Source: Mobula hypostoma (Eukaryota). From it: a stretch of 64,000 nt of DNA. The stretch lies in the NCBI RefSeq assembly GCF_963921235.1, contig NC_086097.1:34846001-34910000 (forward strand). Reading direction: 5' to 3'. The position numbers and the translations under genes were made by a program. Shown piece by piece: positions 13,500 through 25,430 of the stretch (within the stretch, counting starts at the first letter, position 1; every line of letters begins with the position of its first letter). The notes below the pieces were generated by a model, which searched no databases, was not told the origin of the DNA, and saw only the letters and a program-made list of their open reading frames with translations.

Positions 13500-16400
13500 G
13501 GTGGTGACAGGACAACTGTGTCCTGGTCAAATGCATCCAGGTCATTGGCGTCCCTGGACATTTGTGTCCGTTTTTCTTGCGTCCCAGACATTTGTGTACC
13601 AATATATGTACAAACCCCATTTCCAGAAAAGTTGGGATATTTTCCAAAATGCAATAAAAAACAAAAATCTGTGATATGTTAATTCACGCGAACCTTTAAC
13701 TGACAAAAGTACAAAGAAAAGATTTTCAATAGTTTTACTGACCAACTTAATTGTATTTTGTAAACATACACAAATTTAGAATTTGATGGCTGCAATACAC
13801 AACAAAAGTTGGGACAGAGACATGTTTACCATTGTGTTACATCACCTTTCCTTTTAATAACACTTTTTAATCGTTTTGGAACTGAGGAGACTAATTGTAG
13901 TAGATTTGCAAATGGAAATTTTGTCCATTCTTGCTTGATATAAGACTTCAGCTGCTCAACAGTCCTTGGTCTCCGTTGTCTGATTCTCCTCTTCATGATG
14001 CGCCATACATTTTCAATAGGAGATAGATCTGGACTGGCAGCAGGCCAGTCAAGCACACGCACTCTGTGTCTACAAAGCCACGCTGTTGTAGCCCGTGTAG
14101 AATGTGGTCTGGCATTGTCCTGCTGAAATAAGCATGGACGTCCCGGGAAGAGACGTCGCCTTGATGGCAACATATGTCTCTCTAAAATCCTAATATACGC
14201 CTCAGAGTCAATGGTACCTTCACATACATGCAACTCACCCATGCCGTGGGCACTGATGCACCCCCATACCATCACAGATCCTGGCTTTTGCACCTTTCAC
14301 TGATAACAATCTGGATGGTCATTTTCATCTTTGGCACGGAGAACTCGATGCCCGGTTTTCCGAAAACTAGCTGAAATGTGGACTCATCTGACCACAGCAC
14401 ACGGTTCCACAGTCTTTCGGTCCATCTGAGATGAGCTCGGGCCCAGAGAACTCGCCGGCGTTTCTGCATAGAGTTGATGTATGGCTTCCTCCTTGCTTAA
14501 TACAGTTTAAAGTTGCATTTCTGGATGCAGTGACGGACTGTGTTGAGTGACAATGGTTTTCCGAAGTACTCCCGAGCCCAGGTGGCTATAATTGTCACAG
14601 TAGCATGACTTTTCTGTGCACTTTTCCAATCTTATTTTAACTCTGTCCCAACTTTTGTTGAGTGTATTCCAGCCACCAAATTCTAAATTTGTGTATATTT
14701 ACAAAATACAATTAAGTTGGTCAGTAAAACTATTGAAAATCTTTTCTTTGTACTTTTGTCAGTTAAATAAAGGTTCACGTGAATTAACATATCACAGATT
14801 TTTGTTTTTTTGCATTTTGGAAAATATCCCAACTTTTCTGGAAATGGGGTTTGTATATTTCATATTAAATTTGTGTCCCAATATGTGTATATTTCATAAA
14901 AGGTATAATTTTACATATTCGTGTAATTTTTAAAATCAAAAACAGTTTTATTAAAAAAGGGATTATAGCATGCATTTTATTGATTAAAAAATTTGATTTA
15001 TAAGTCCAAACTTAAAAAGTATGCATGTTGTGGGCAACCCCTCATAAGAAACTTAATTTGTCCTCAGGATTATAACGTGCAATTAATGATTGAAGGCGCT
15101 TATTGATACTGTTATTTCTTGGTTGGACAATAATCTTTCTTTGGTAGTCAATTTTCTTCTTTGTGGCCATAGCTTCCGCTTTCTTCAACGCATCAATTAA
15201 TTTCCAAACAGAGGGGTGTTGACAAGTAATTGAATTTTGAATAGCATTATGCCACCCCTCTAAACTATTGTTAGATCTAGGCAAGTCGTTCATTGTTCGA
15301 TCATGAACATTCCAAGTTGTGGTGGAAAAGCTTGCTGCAATCCTGTGCCCACATCTACCTCTTGCTTGGCCAATGTATGTAACTTCAAAGTATGCGATGA
15401 ATTCGGGAGGTAAGTCATGATCTTCACTCAGATCCAAGAAGCCTGTTACCACATCATTTACTGGAAGGAAAGCTAATGCAGAGAAACATCTAATTTTTAA
15501 ATTGAATTCTTGATCTTCGTTATATTGTTGTCTTAAACCAAGGTCGCATATTTTCTTAAGGATGGATTTTGACAAATGAAAAATACATGAGCTTATTGTT
15601 GCATTAGGATATGTTTCTGCTATACTCTTTCTTGCTCCTATTTCAAAATCCGTCAGCACTAATTTGGGATTAAGTTGAGGGCGAGTCTGCAACAAAAGAC
15701 TGAATAGGCGGTCATATGTAGAAGAGCAAAAGCACAGGGAATACTGAATGTACCATCTTGGACATGGATGCAGTACAATTGATAATAGATTTGTGGCAGA
15801 TTTTAGAAGTGCCATCTGCTGCCCAATTCTGAAATCGTGTCAAGTCATCCAGATCCTCTTCAGAAGCAAAGATGAGCATTCTATTTTCATCATTTATGCC
15901 AGTATCAATTGCAAGAAACCATTGTCCTGTGGGGAGAATACAATATTCTTCTGGTATTTCGTAATTACATTTTTGGTTTGGTATAGATGAAGAATTTTGT
16001 GCTTTCTGTCTCCAACGATGAACATTTCTCCCCATTGCAGAGACAGAAGGCACTTCTGCCATTGAAAATTCATCATGTTTTGACAAAGTTGTTCCAATGA
16101 GATGTCTTGTTGGTTCTTGTGAGGATATCGCAGTTTTTCAACTCTAAAATCGATCCTTTTGCTCTAATTGCAGCAGCAGAAGAACCATGGTTATGCTCAT
16201 TAATTCGTTTTGTTATTACATTGCTCTTGGTATGAACTCTTGCTTTGCAGGATCGTACCACACATCTCCAGTAAGTTTTCGTGCCCGCAGCATTTTTCTT
16301 ATGATAGTAATAGATATAATTTCCGTCATCAACAAGTGTATTTCCAGCTTTGCTTGATTTCAAGAACTGTGACATAGCTTAATTTCTGAAAAAAAAGTAA

Positions 16401-16674
16401 ATTTAAAGTCAAATTGTAATAGGAAACGTGGGGGTTTGTTTATAAGTAGCTCAGTCGCAAACGAGGCATGCCTCATTTGCCTACAATTACCCTAATTGAT
16501 TAGACGGTTGCTTTTTGAGCTGAGATAAGAGGCTTATATAACACAGGGTTTGTTACCCAGTAATGGTTACATATAGTGGGACGCAAATGACCGGGACGCA
16601 AAAAAAAGGATGCAAATATCCAGAGACACTAGTGACTGGGACACAATTGTCCAGGACGCAAATACCCTAGTACC
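13500..16674 (-). mobile_element. Mutator-like (MULE, Phantom-like) transposon with FLYWCH domain, frameshifted
   Basis: FLYWCH motif Y.Y..YWRC..CKARVH..HNH (16073-16375); DGT, DFE, C.FH and NN.LEGWHN MULE motifs (15042-16086); inverted subterminal arrays of ~15-bp repeats; flanking GTCTTC duplication. Confidence 0.85.
13611..14853 (-). mobile_element. Tc1 DD34E transposon with ~210-bp TIRs, internally deleted, nested in the MULE
   Basis: TA|CAAACCCCATTTCCAGAAAAGTTGGG ... CCCAACTTTTCTGGAAATGGGGTTTG|TA; WSDES, QDNARPH and SPDLSPIE motifs with 34 residues between the second D and E. Confidence 0.95.
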
Positions 16675-17662
16675 GTCTTCAGTTCCTTGCCACAGTGTTT
16701 GGGAGTAGTTGTTGTCCTGCAGCTGTGGACTCACTTTCGGAAATCTGCAGATCATGTTCTATGAATTATTTGTTTACTTTTTTTTTACTAATTGCACTCT
16801 TGTTCATTGGATGTTTCTCAGTCTTTGTGACTTTTTGTGGGTTCTATTGTGTTTCTTTGTTGTGTAGCTGCCTGCAAGAAGATGAATCTCAAGGCTGTGT
16901 ATGGTATACATACTTCGATAATAAATTTGAAATTTGAACTTTACCTTTGATTGTCTTGGCTGGAATTGATGAGAGATTGGAGTGGAACCCATTTTTATAC
17001 AGTAGTCTAATATAACTAAGACATGCAAGAGGTGCTGCTTATTATGAGCTGGATTTGCCACTGCTTTCATATTGGAAATCTGCAATCAATGGCCAGGGTT
17101 GTGTCAAAACACATCACCCTCTTTATTTGTCTATACAAAGGACTGAATGCCTATTGAAGCTTGGTTGATAATATCGGGCTGTTCTCATCGCAGAATTTTC
17201 CATCTTTTAAGGTTGAACAGTTGGTTATAAACTGAGATACATTTTACCAATGTATTTCAACATGGAACTGAGTAGATCAGAATTACCCTTTCCTCCTGGT
17301 CATTAAAATCTTATGAGCTACCACTGTCGAGCTGGCCATGCTTTCCCTTTTGGAAAAATAATCGTTGACACAAGGGAATGATTTAAGTTAAGACTATACA
17401 AAAATACTCAAATATTGAAGCTTTGTGGTGAAACAGCTACAAATTTAGATTACATTGTGGGATTCCTCAGTTTAAAAACTGCAAGTGAGAAGTCTGGAGA
17501 TGAAATATCTTCAGGTTTTGTTTCTAAAAGCAGCCGTGGTTTGTATTTTGAACTGCAGCCAAGGTTTAGGTGGTGTAATTTTAGATCATATCATGGGATG
17601 TTTTCACATTTTAACTGAAAGTATACATTTTTAAGTATATGAAACACAAGGTTTTATTGATA

Positions 17663-18996
17663 CAGGTGGCCCCCATTTTCCAAACGTTTGCTTTACGACA
17701 CCTCGCTGTTACGAAAGATCTACATTAGTTACCTGTTTTCACCGACAAAGGGTGTTTTCACTGTTACAAAAAAAGGCAGCATGCCCCCGAACAGCCAAGC
17801 TCCTCCCCCGGAACTGCATTCTAGCCGGCATTGCTTATACGCGTGCTTTATCTTGATTTATTTTGTACATCTGTTAGCAAGATCGGTTCTAAGGTATCGG
17901 AAAAGCCTAAAAGAGCTCGTAAGGGTGTTACACTTAGCGTAAAACTAGACATAATTAAGCGTTTCGATCGTGGTGAACAAAGTAAGGACATTGTTCATGC
18001 GTTGAACTTGCCTGCGTCCACCATTCGCACTATTTCTACGCAGAGAGAAAGAATTTTGAAAGCTGCCAATGTTACTGTTGGTTCTGCTCGTAGCAAAGTG
18101 GTCTCTCTTAATCCGCATCCAATAATAGATAAAATGGAAAGTCTATTGCTTGAGTGGATTGATGGGTGTACAAAGTGTGGTGATCCGTTAAGTTTTCTTA
18201 TACTTAAGGAGAAATCAGTCAGTCTTTTTAATAAGCTAAAACAGAAAGCACTGGACGATGGTGATGAAAGTGTTGCGAAAGTGGAATTTAAAGGTAGTCA
18301 TGGGTGGTTTGATCAGTTTCTGAGGCGAGGGCAGCTTCATAGTTTAAGCAGTGGTCCCCAGCCTCCATGCTGCGAAGAATAGAGTGGTGCAGCGGTAGTC
18401 GGGACACATACAGCACATCTTTAAGAAAAAAGCCGAAATAAACAAGTTAATTAATTAGGTGCCGCCTGGCACGTAAATGTCAGCCCAGATCAGAGGCGAT
18501 TGCCGATTGCGTCAGGTGGTTATTCGTATAAGCAAGTGTTTAACAGTGACGCAACTGCAATTTATTGGAGTCTTCCCGATTCCGGTAAGTGAAACTACAC
18601 TGTACATACATTATTTCTACTTTATATAGGCTGTGTATTTTTATGTGTTGTTTGGTATGATTTGGCAGCTTCATAGCTTAAAAGTAACTGGAGAGAGTGT
18701 TTCTGCCGAGAGCGCTTCCGCGAGATTTTCGCTGCGCTAGACAGTGCTGCAGAAAAGTATTTCTACTTTATATAGGCTGTGTATTTATCATATCATTCCT
18801 GCTTTTACTATATGTTACTGTTATTTTAGGTTTTATGTGTTATTTGGCATGATTTTGTAGGTTATTTTTTGGGTCTGGGAACGCTCAAAAATTTTTCCCA
18901 TATTAATAAATGGTAATTGCTCATTCACTTTACGACATTCCGGCTTAAGAACCGTTTCATGGGAATGCGCTACCTTCGGATAGCGGGGGAAACCTG
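17663..18996 (+). mobile_element. pogo/Tigger-like non-autonomous transposon
   Basis: TA|CAGGTGGCCCCC ... GGGGGAAACCTG|TA; ORF 17831-18382 has CENP-B-type HTH motifs (KLDIIKRFDRGE; FKGSHGWF) but no DDD domain. Confidence 0.9.
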
Positions 18997-19503
18997 TATT
19001 CAATTGTGTATAGAGTCTGAGTATGAAAGGAAGAGGTGAAAACATTGATGCAGTGGGGTGTAACATCTGGAAAAAGTTTACTTATTTCAGATTAATGCAT
19101 TTTCTTTACATTCCAAGGCAATCTGCTTGAAAGGAATATACTTGAAATAGGCAGCCTATGACAGTGGCCAAGTATTTTTTTTTGTATTAATATAATATCA
19201 TGCACCTATAGGAGTTAAACATGATTTTGAGAGAATATTGGATGGGTCCAGCTCGCATGTTTCTTTTGAACTTGAATATGGATATTAAGTAGATCCCAAG
19301 GTTCCCCAAGGAAAATAATGCTCGACATTATTTTTGTTGGGTTACTTTTCTATTGGTTTGTTTGAATGGTTGGTAGCTAACTTTGACTTTCTGCTTGCAT
19401 TAATGGAAATCATTTTGAAAACAAATGGTATATAAAAATGGAAATGCACTTGCTTTCAACTGGATGGTTGTTATAATTCTCATCCATTTTGGCTTTTTTG
19501 TAG

Positions 19504-19700
19504 ATGTTTCAACAACGGAGAAAGTCATGCTCTTTCAGAAGAAATTACAGCAGTGTTGTGTCGTATTTGATTTCATGGATTCATTAGCAGACCTTAAAAT
19601 GAAGGAGTATAAGCGCTCAACCCTTAGTGAATTGGTAGACTTTGTTGCTGTGGGTCGAGGAATCTTGACGGAACAAACATATCCTGAAATAGTTAAAATG
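19504..19700 (+). CDS. PPP2R5E: PP2A B56-epsilon-like coding exon A
   Basis: TAG| acceptor and |GTAAGT donor; encodes (D)[75 protein letters not shown] and LTEQTYPE are epsilon-type motifs. Confidence 0.93.
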
Positions 19701-21365
19701 GTAAGTTTGTTAACTTGCAAATTGTCCTTTTTCATTTGGACATTTTTTCCTCTTAATCCCATCATTTTCTAATGCCAGCACACTTCAACTGTACATTGTG
19801 GAATTTATTAGTCATCTACAACCGTATCTCTCATTTTCAAAACCTCTTAGTATTTATTTTTGCATCAAAGTAATAAAAGAAAAAGTGGAGTAATTTTTAT
19901 GGTGTGATAGAAATTTAATTGGGTGGCGTTCTCGAGTGGGTTGGCTCTTTGTCAAAGGAAAAAGATTCAGATTTATTTACCATACGTAATTGGAAATATG
20001 CAATAAAACGCATCGTTTGTGTTAACAATCAGCATGTATGTGCTGGGGGTGGCAGCCCGCAAGTGATTGAATTTAAAAACAATAGATTAAAAACCAAACG
20101 AAAACTTACTAGAGTAAGACACATAAGCTATTCAACTAATTGGAAATCCCAATAGTGCAGGGGCTAACTCACTAGGACCTTGGTTCCCAGGCTGTCTCTG
20201 ACATACTTGAGACCTGGTACCTACTCTACACTCCCTTTATACTTGGTGGCTTTACTGGAAAATCTGTTATTCTACTGTGTAACTGCTTTAAAACAAAATG
20301 TGAATTAAGTGTAGAGGTAATAATATCCAATAATGTACGTTAGTCCAGAAAACTTGATAATCCGGCATTACCAAAGAGCTGAAAATGACAAGATTATTGG
20401 AATTTTACTGTAACTGAATTACTCTAGTGGCTTCACCAACAAGCTAATCCATTGGTGACTGCCTTTGAGAATGTGCTGGTGAGCTGTGTGCTTCCACAAA
20501 TCCGTTGGGTCAAGGAATATAATTGTGACCAATTAACTAGGCTGAAACTGTGATAGATGCATAAGGACATGGAATTACTTGCAAAGAGGCCTTGGCATCT
20601 GGTAGAGAGTAAGCACCAGAGTGGTATTGATGAATGGACTGGATGAATGATGCTAATCAGTTGGCTTGCTTTGGTGTCCCTCTGCATAACTCTTGCAGCC
20701 ATCCTGACTCAAACCAATCCTGCCCTTCACTAGGTACATATATTTTTTATTACAAAAATTCTTGCAGGTGTATTTGCTCTTTTAATAATTATTCATTTTG
20801 TTTGTTTCCTCATAGTGAAGTTGCTGAAGTGATTAGTAAATTTGTATTTGCTTAATATATTATGTTAAAATTATTCTTTTCTTTTAAGCTTATTATAAAC
20901 CACTGGATAGAACTACCACATTGAATCTATAGAGAACGTTTCAATGTAGTATACCTGCATATTAATATCTATTTTATTTGTACTGACATTTCAGTACAAG
21001 AACCAAAGGGGAAGTTCATCGGGTATACTTGTTTAACAGGTATTTCTTCAAGAATCTTTATCAGTCTTTTAAAATGTGGAAATTACAAATGATTTATGCA
21101 TGCTATTTGGAGATTACAAACTGTAATTTGCAATATTCTCACTAATTCTGTTGAATTGTTTCTGCAAATCATTGCATCAGTTTATGAGCTGCGATATTGA
21201 AGGCAACAATATTTTTTGATCCTGAGATTGTGATGTATTTCCAGGTCCGTATGAAGTGTCACTATTAAACCTCTGTTCTTGTTCTTCTCGGTTGCTGCTG
21301 GTTAAGATAACTAAGTTTTTTGAGAAGGATGTTCAATATGTAATTTCTATTCTATTTTGCCATAG

Positions 21366-21467
21366 GTTTCTTTAAATATTTTTAGGACACTCCCACCTTC
21401 AGATACTTCAGAGTTTGACCCAGAAGAAGATGAACCAACACTGGAGGCATCCTGGCCTCACTTACAG
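21366..21467 (+). CDS. PPP2R5E: B56-epsilon-like coding exon B
   Basis: CATAG| ... |[40 protein letters not shown] (B56 acidic loop). Not in the ORF track; translated by hand. Confidence 0.95.
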
Positions 21468-22444
21468 GTAAACTCTACAAGTTCTTATGTAAAATTAATA
21501 TGGTATCTATATTAGATATCTAGCTTGGCTAGCTCTGTAATATTTTGGTACAATGGCAATCAGAATATTAAATGTTTCAGACCACTGAAAGTCTAAAACT
21601 TTCCAGTCCTGTAATTTAAATTTAATAGTTTTGACTGGAATAAACCAAGGATTGCACAAAATGATGATCAGCACTACTTAAAAAAAAATTTTCAGTGATA
21701 TGGATGGTGCTAGCACTATTAATTGTTCTAATTTTAACATTCTTGAGGGCTCTTAAGTATCTATCATACAATGGAAATGAGGGTCATTTACTTCCAAGCA
21801 AGATATAGGTATCAGGGTCCCTTTCTGAAGAATATTTTTCCTCACAAATTAGTTGGTTTTCTTAGTCAATCCAGTTTTCACATTTGTTTTAATTGGTAAT
21901 ACCCATCAATATAATTGCTTCATACTGGAACTTGGCTTTGTGTAATTTAACTTTGCCACTTTTGGATTCCTAATTAATTACCATTTCCATGTGAATACTC
22001 TTCATTTATAGAGTTCAATGATTTTAAAAATTATTGTCTTTTAGATAAATTACCAATGTTCAATCTCACTTTTTGCATTCATTCAATTAATTTGACCTTT
22101 TGGCTGATGCAATTTCAACATTGCTCTTGGCATTGCTATTAATTGAGGAACTTCTGAGAGCATTAATAGTTGTGTTATCCTACAATCCATGCCTTCCGGG
22201 CTGTTTTACCTGCAAAATATTTATTAAAACATGTTTTACTACTAATAAATTACTTAAATAACATTAGGTTGCGCTCAGCATCGAGAATTCCAGTGGAAGA
22301 AATGGTACAAGCAATATTCAACTTCACTTGAAAAATTAGAAATCCAGAGCTTGCTTTTCTATAGATGTCATTAGTTAAAACAATCAACATAATTGAAGCT
22401 TTGAATTATCACATGAAAATTGTAATATAAAGTTGTCCTTTGGA

Positions 22445-23710
22445 GTCAGAATCAGGTTTATTATCACTGCCGTAGGTCATCAAATGTGTTATTTCGTGGC
22501 AACAGAACAGTGCAAGACAAAATAACTATAAGTTCAGATGAAGAATAGCAAGGTAATGTTCATGGACCATGCAGAAATCTGATGGCAGAGGAGATGAAGA
22601 TGTTCATAAGAACGTTGTCTCTGGACCTTCAGCTCTTGTACCTCCTTTTGGTAGTAATGAGCAGAGGGCATGTCTCATACTGTGAGGGTGCTCAATGATG
22701 GGTGTCACCACCATGAGGCACTGCCTTTTGAAGGTAGCTGTGATGGTGGGGGGGGAGGGTTGTGCCCATGGTGAAGCTGGCTGAGTCTACAACCCTCTGC
22801 AGCCTCTTTATGTCCTGGCTTTGGAGCCTCCACACCAGGTGCTGATGCAACCGGTCAGAATGCTCTACACAGTACATCTGTAGAAACTTGCTACAGTCTT
22901 TTGTGACATACCAAATGTCCTTAAACCTCTAATGAATTATAGCCACTGGCATGCATGACTTAGCAAATATTTCGATGTGTTGGGCCGGAATTGATCCTCT
23001 GAGAAGCTGACACCCAGGCACTTGGAGCTGCTCACCATTTCACTGCTGACCTCTCAGTGAGGACCGGTGCATGTTCTCCTGACCTCTCATTCCTGAAGTC
23101 CACAGTCAATTCCTTGCTTTAACTGATGTTGAGTGCAAGGATGTTGTTGCAGCAGCACTTACTGACCAGGTATCTTGCTCCTGTGCACCACCTCCTCCCC
23201 ATTTAAGATTCTGCTAACAACAGTGATGTCATTGGTGAATTTATAGGTGGTATTTGAGCCATACAGTTGTGAGTGTAGAGAGAGTAGAGCGGTGGGCTAA
23301 GCACACATCCTTGAGGTGCACCGGTGTTCATTTTTATTTTTTATTTAGCGATCCAGCGAGGATTTGGCCTTTCCGGCACTTCGAGCCATGCCACCCAACA
23401 AACCCTGACAACCCTGATTTCTAATCATGGGACAATTTACAACAACTGTTTAACCTACCCGGCATCTTTAGGCTGTGGGAGGAAACCAGAGCACCTGGGG
23501 AGAACCCACATGATCCACAGGGAGGATGTACTAACTCCTTCCAGAGGTTGCTGGAATTGAAATCTGAACTCTGATGCCCTGAGCTGTAATAGCGTCTCAC
23601 TAACTACCACGCTGCTGTGTTGATTGTCAGCGGGCAGGAGATATTTCAACTGATCTGCACTAATGAGGAAATCAAAAATCCAGAGGGAGGTTCAGAGGCC
23701 CAAGTTTTGA
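22445..23710 (-). mobile_element. Rex1/Babar-like LINE fragment, decayed, with nested SINE
   Basis: YCVEHS..KRLQRVVDSA peptide; similar to the 39925-41040 copy; sequence resumes after the SINE. Confidence 0.7.
23325..23618 (-). mobile_element. V-SINE/HE1-like tRNA-derived SINE
   Basis: Minus strand: tRNA-like head, GGTGCTCTGGTTTCCTCCCACAG V-domain, A-rich tail. Confidence 0.8.
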
Positions 23711-24404
23711 AACTTCTGTATGACAATGATGCTATTTCAATATAATTGGCATATGTTGATGCCACTATTTTAAAGTGTGGGCTGTTTGTCACAAGGAAAA
23801 TAGCCCATCAATGACAGAATTATTTTGTATTGTACCTGAAGGCGACTTGCAAAGCACAAATTTTTTTGTGAACAACTGTTTTATTTTGGGGTAAAATAGT
23901 AAATTAATTAAGTGGCTATTATCATTTTTCTGTCCTGAAAGTGGGAGATGCGTGGCAATTAAATTTCCAGTGTATACTACACAGTAGCGAGCTGCAAGAC
24001 TAAGTCAAATTGGTATGAATTACCTGCAATAATTATAGGTAAAATACAGGAGGTAAAAGTGAGGCCTTTTGTGAAGTCTTAGCATTTAGAGATACAAAAC
24101 TGATGACCATAATGAAATATAATGGTCTTCCTTATATTTGAGTGACCTTCATGATCAGTCTGAAAAATCTGTATCATATGTTGCTTTGATGCCAAGTAGT
24201 TTGAATTATATGTCATTATTTGCTCTATAAGAATTGTGTTCCTTATTGATATGTACAAGCCAATTAAATTAAGGCCAGCTTTTGGAACACTGCCTCTTTA
24301 TTTAGCTCTTAATATCATTTTCAACATTCCCATAAGAATATTAAATATTGCAAAATCTTCTTTCTCCTTTATAGTTAAAAACAGACTTTCTTGGTATCTT
24401 TTTC

Positions 24405-25340
24405 ATATACCATAAAATATTTGGAGCAGAATTAGGCCATATGACCCGTTGAGCCTGTTCTGCCATACCATCATGGCTAATCCATATTTCCTGTTAGCTC
24501 CATTCTCTGGCCTTTTCCCCGTATCAAGACTCTAGCAACCTCTGCCTTAAATATACATAAAATCTTGACCTTCACAGTTGCTTGTGGCAGCAAATTCCAC
24601 AGATTCAGCACTCTCTGGTGAAAGGAATTCCTCTTCATCTCTGTTCTAAAAGGATACCCCTCTATTATGAGGACGTATCCTTGGGTCTTAGACACTCCCA
24701 CTATAGGAAGCATCCTCCCCACATCCGCTCAATCAAGGCCTTTCACCATTCAATAGGTTTTTATTAGGTCACCCCTCATTCTTTTGAATTTCAACAATGC
24801 AGGCCCAGAGCTATCAGATGCTCTTCATATGACAAGCTGCTTAACTCTGGAATCATTTTTGTGAGCTTCCTTGAATCCTCTCCAGTTTCAGCACATCTTT
24901 CTAAGATAAAGGGGCCCAAAACCACTCAGAAACGCCTCTGAGGCCTCACCAGTGCTTTACAAGGTCTCAACATTACATCCTTGCTTTTATGTTCTAGTCC
25001 TCTTGAAATAATGCTAACATCACGTTTGCTTCCCTACCACAGACTCAACCTGCAAATTAACCTTTAGGGAATACTGCACGAGGACTTCTAAATCGCTTTG
25101 CACCTTAGATTTTTGTATTTTGTCTCCATTTAGAAAATCATCTACCCTTTTATTTCTTCCAAAGTGCATGACCATAAACTTCCCGACCCTGTATCCCATC
25201 TGCCATTTCTTTGCCCATTCTCCTAATCTGTCTGTCTTTCTGTAGCCTACTTCCTCAAACCACCTGCCCCTCCACCTATCTTCATATCATCTGCAAACTT
25301 TGCAACAAAGCCATCAATTCCATCAACCAAATCATTGACA
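24405..25340 (-). mobile_element. CR1 LINE 3' fragment
   Basis: KFADD region through C-terminus (FRTEMKRN..QRVLNLWN) and 3' tail. Confidence 0.88.
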
Positions 25341-25430
25341 TAATCTTTTACAATGGTTTTACTATTGTTAATAAGGTCAAATGTTCCCTTCATTAGAATT
25401 GATTCCTCTCTAATCTTTACATGTACAGTA

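Noticed and set aside
13500..13600. ~15-bp repeat arrays (also 16575-16670) as a CRISPR-like array
   Set aside because: No unique spacers, eukaryotic context, and mirrored at both ends of a MULE.
1..19503. First coding exon or promoter of the PPP2R5E-like gene
   Set aside because: No matching N-terminal peptide or CpG island was seen; presumably upstream of the window.
20310..20412. Tigger-type MITE
   Set aside because: Only one convincing TIR-like end (ATTATTGGAATTTTACTGTA) was found.
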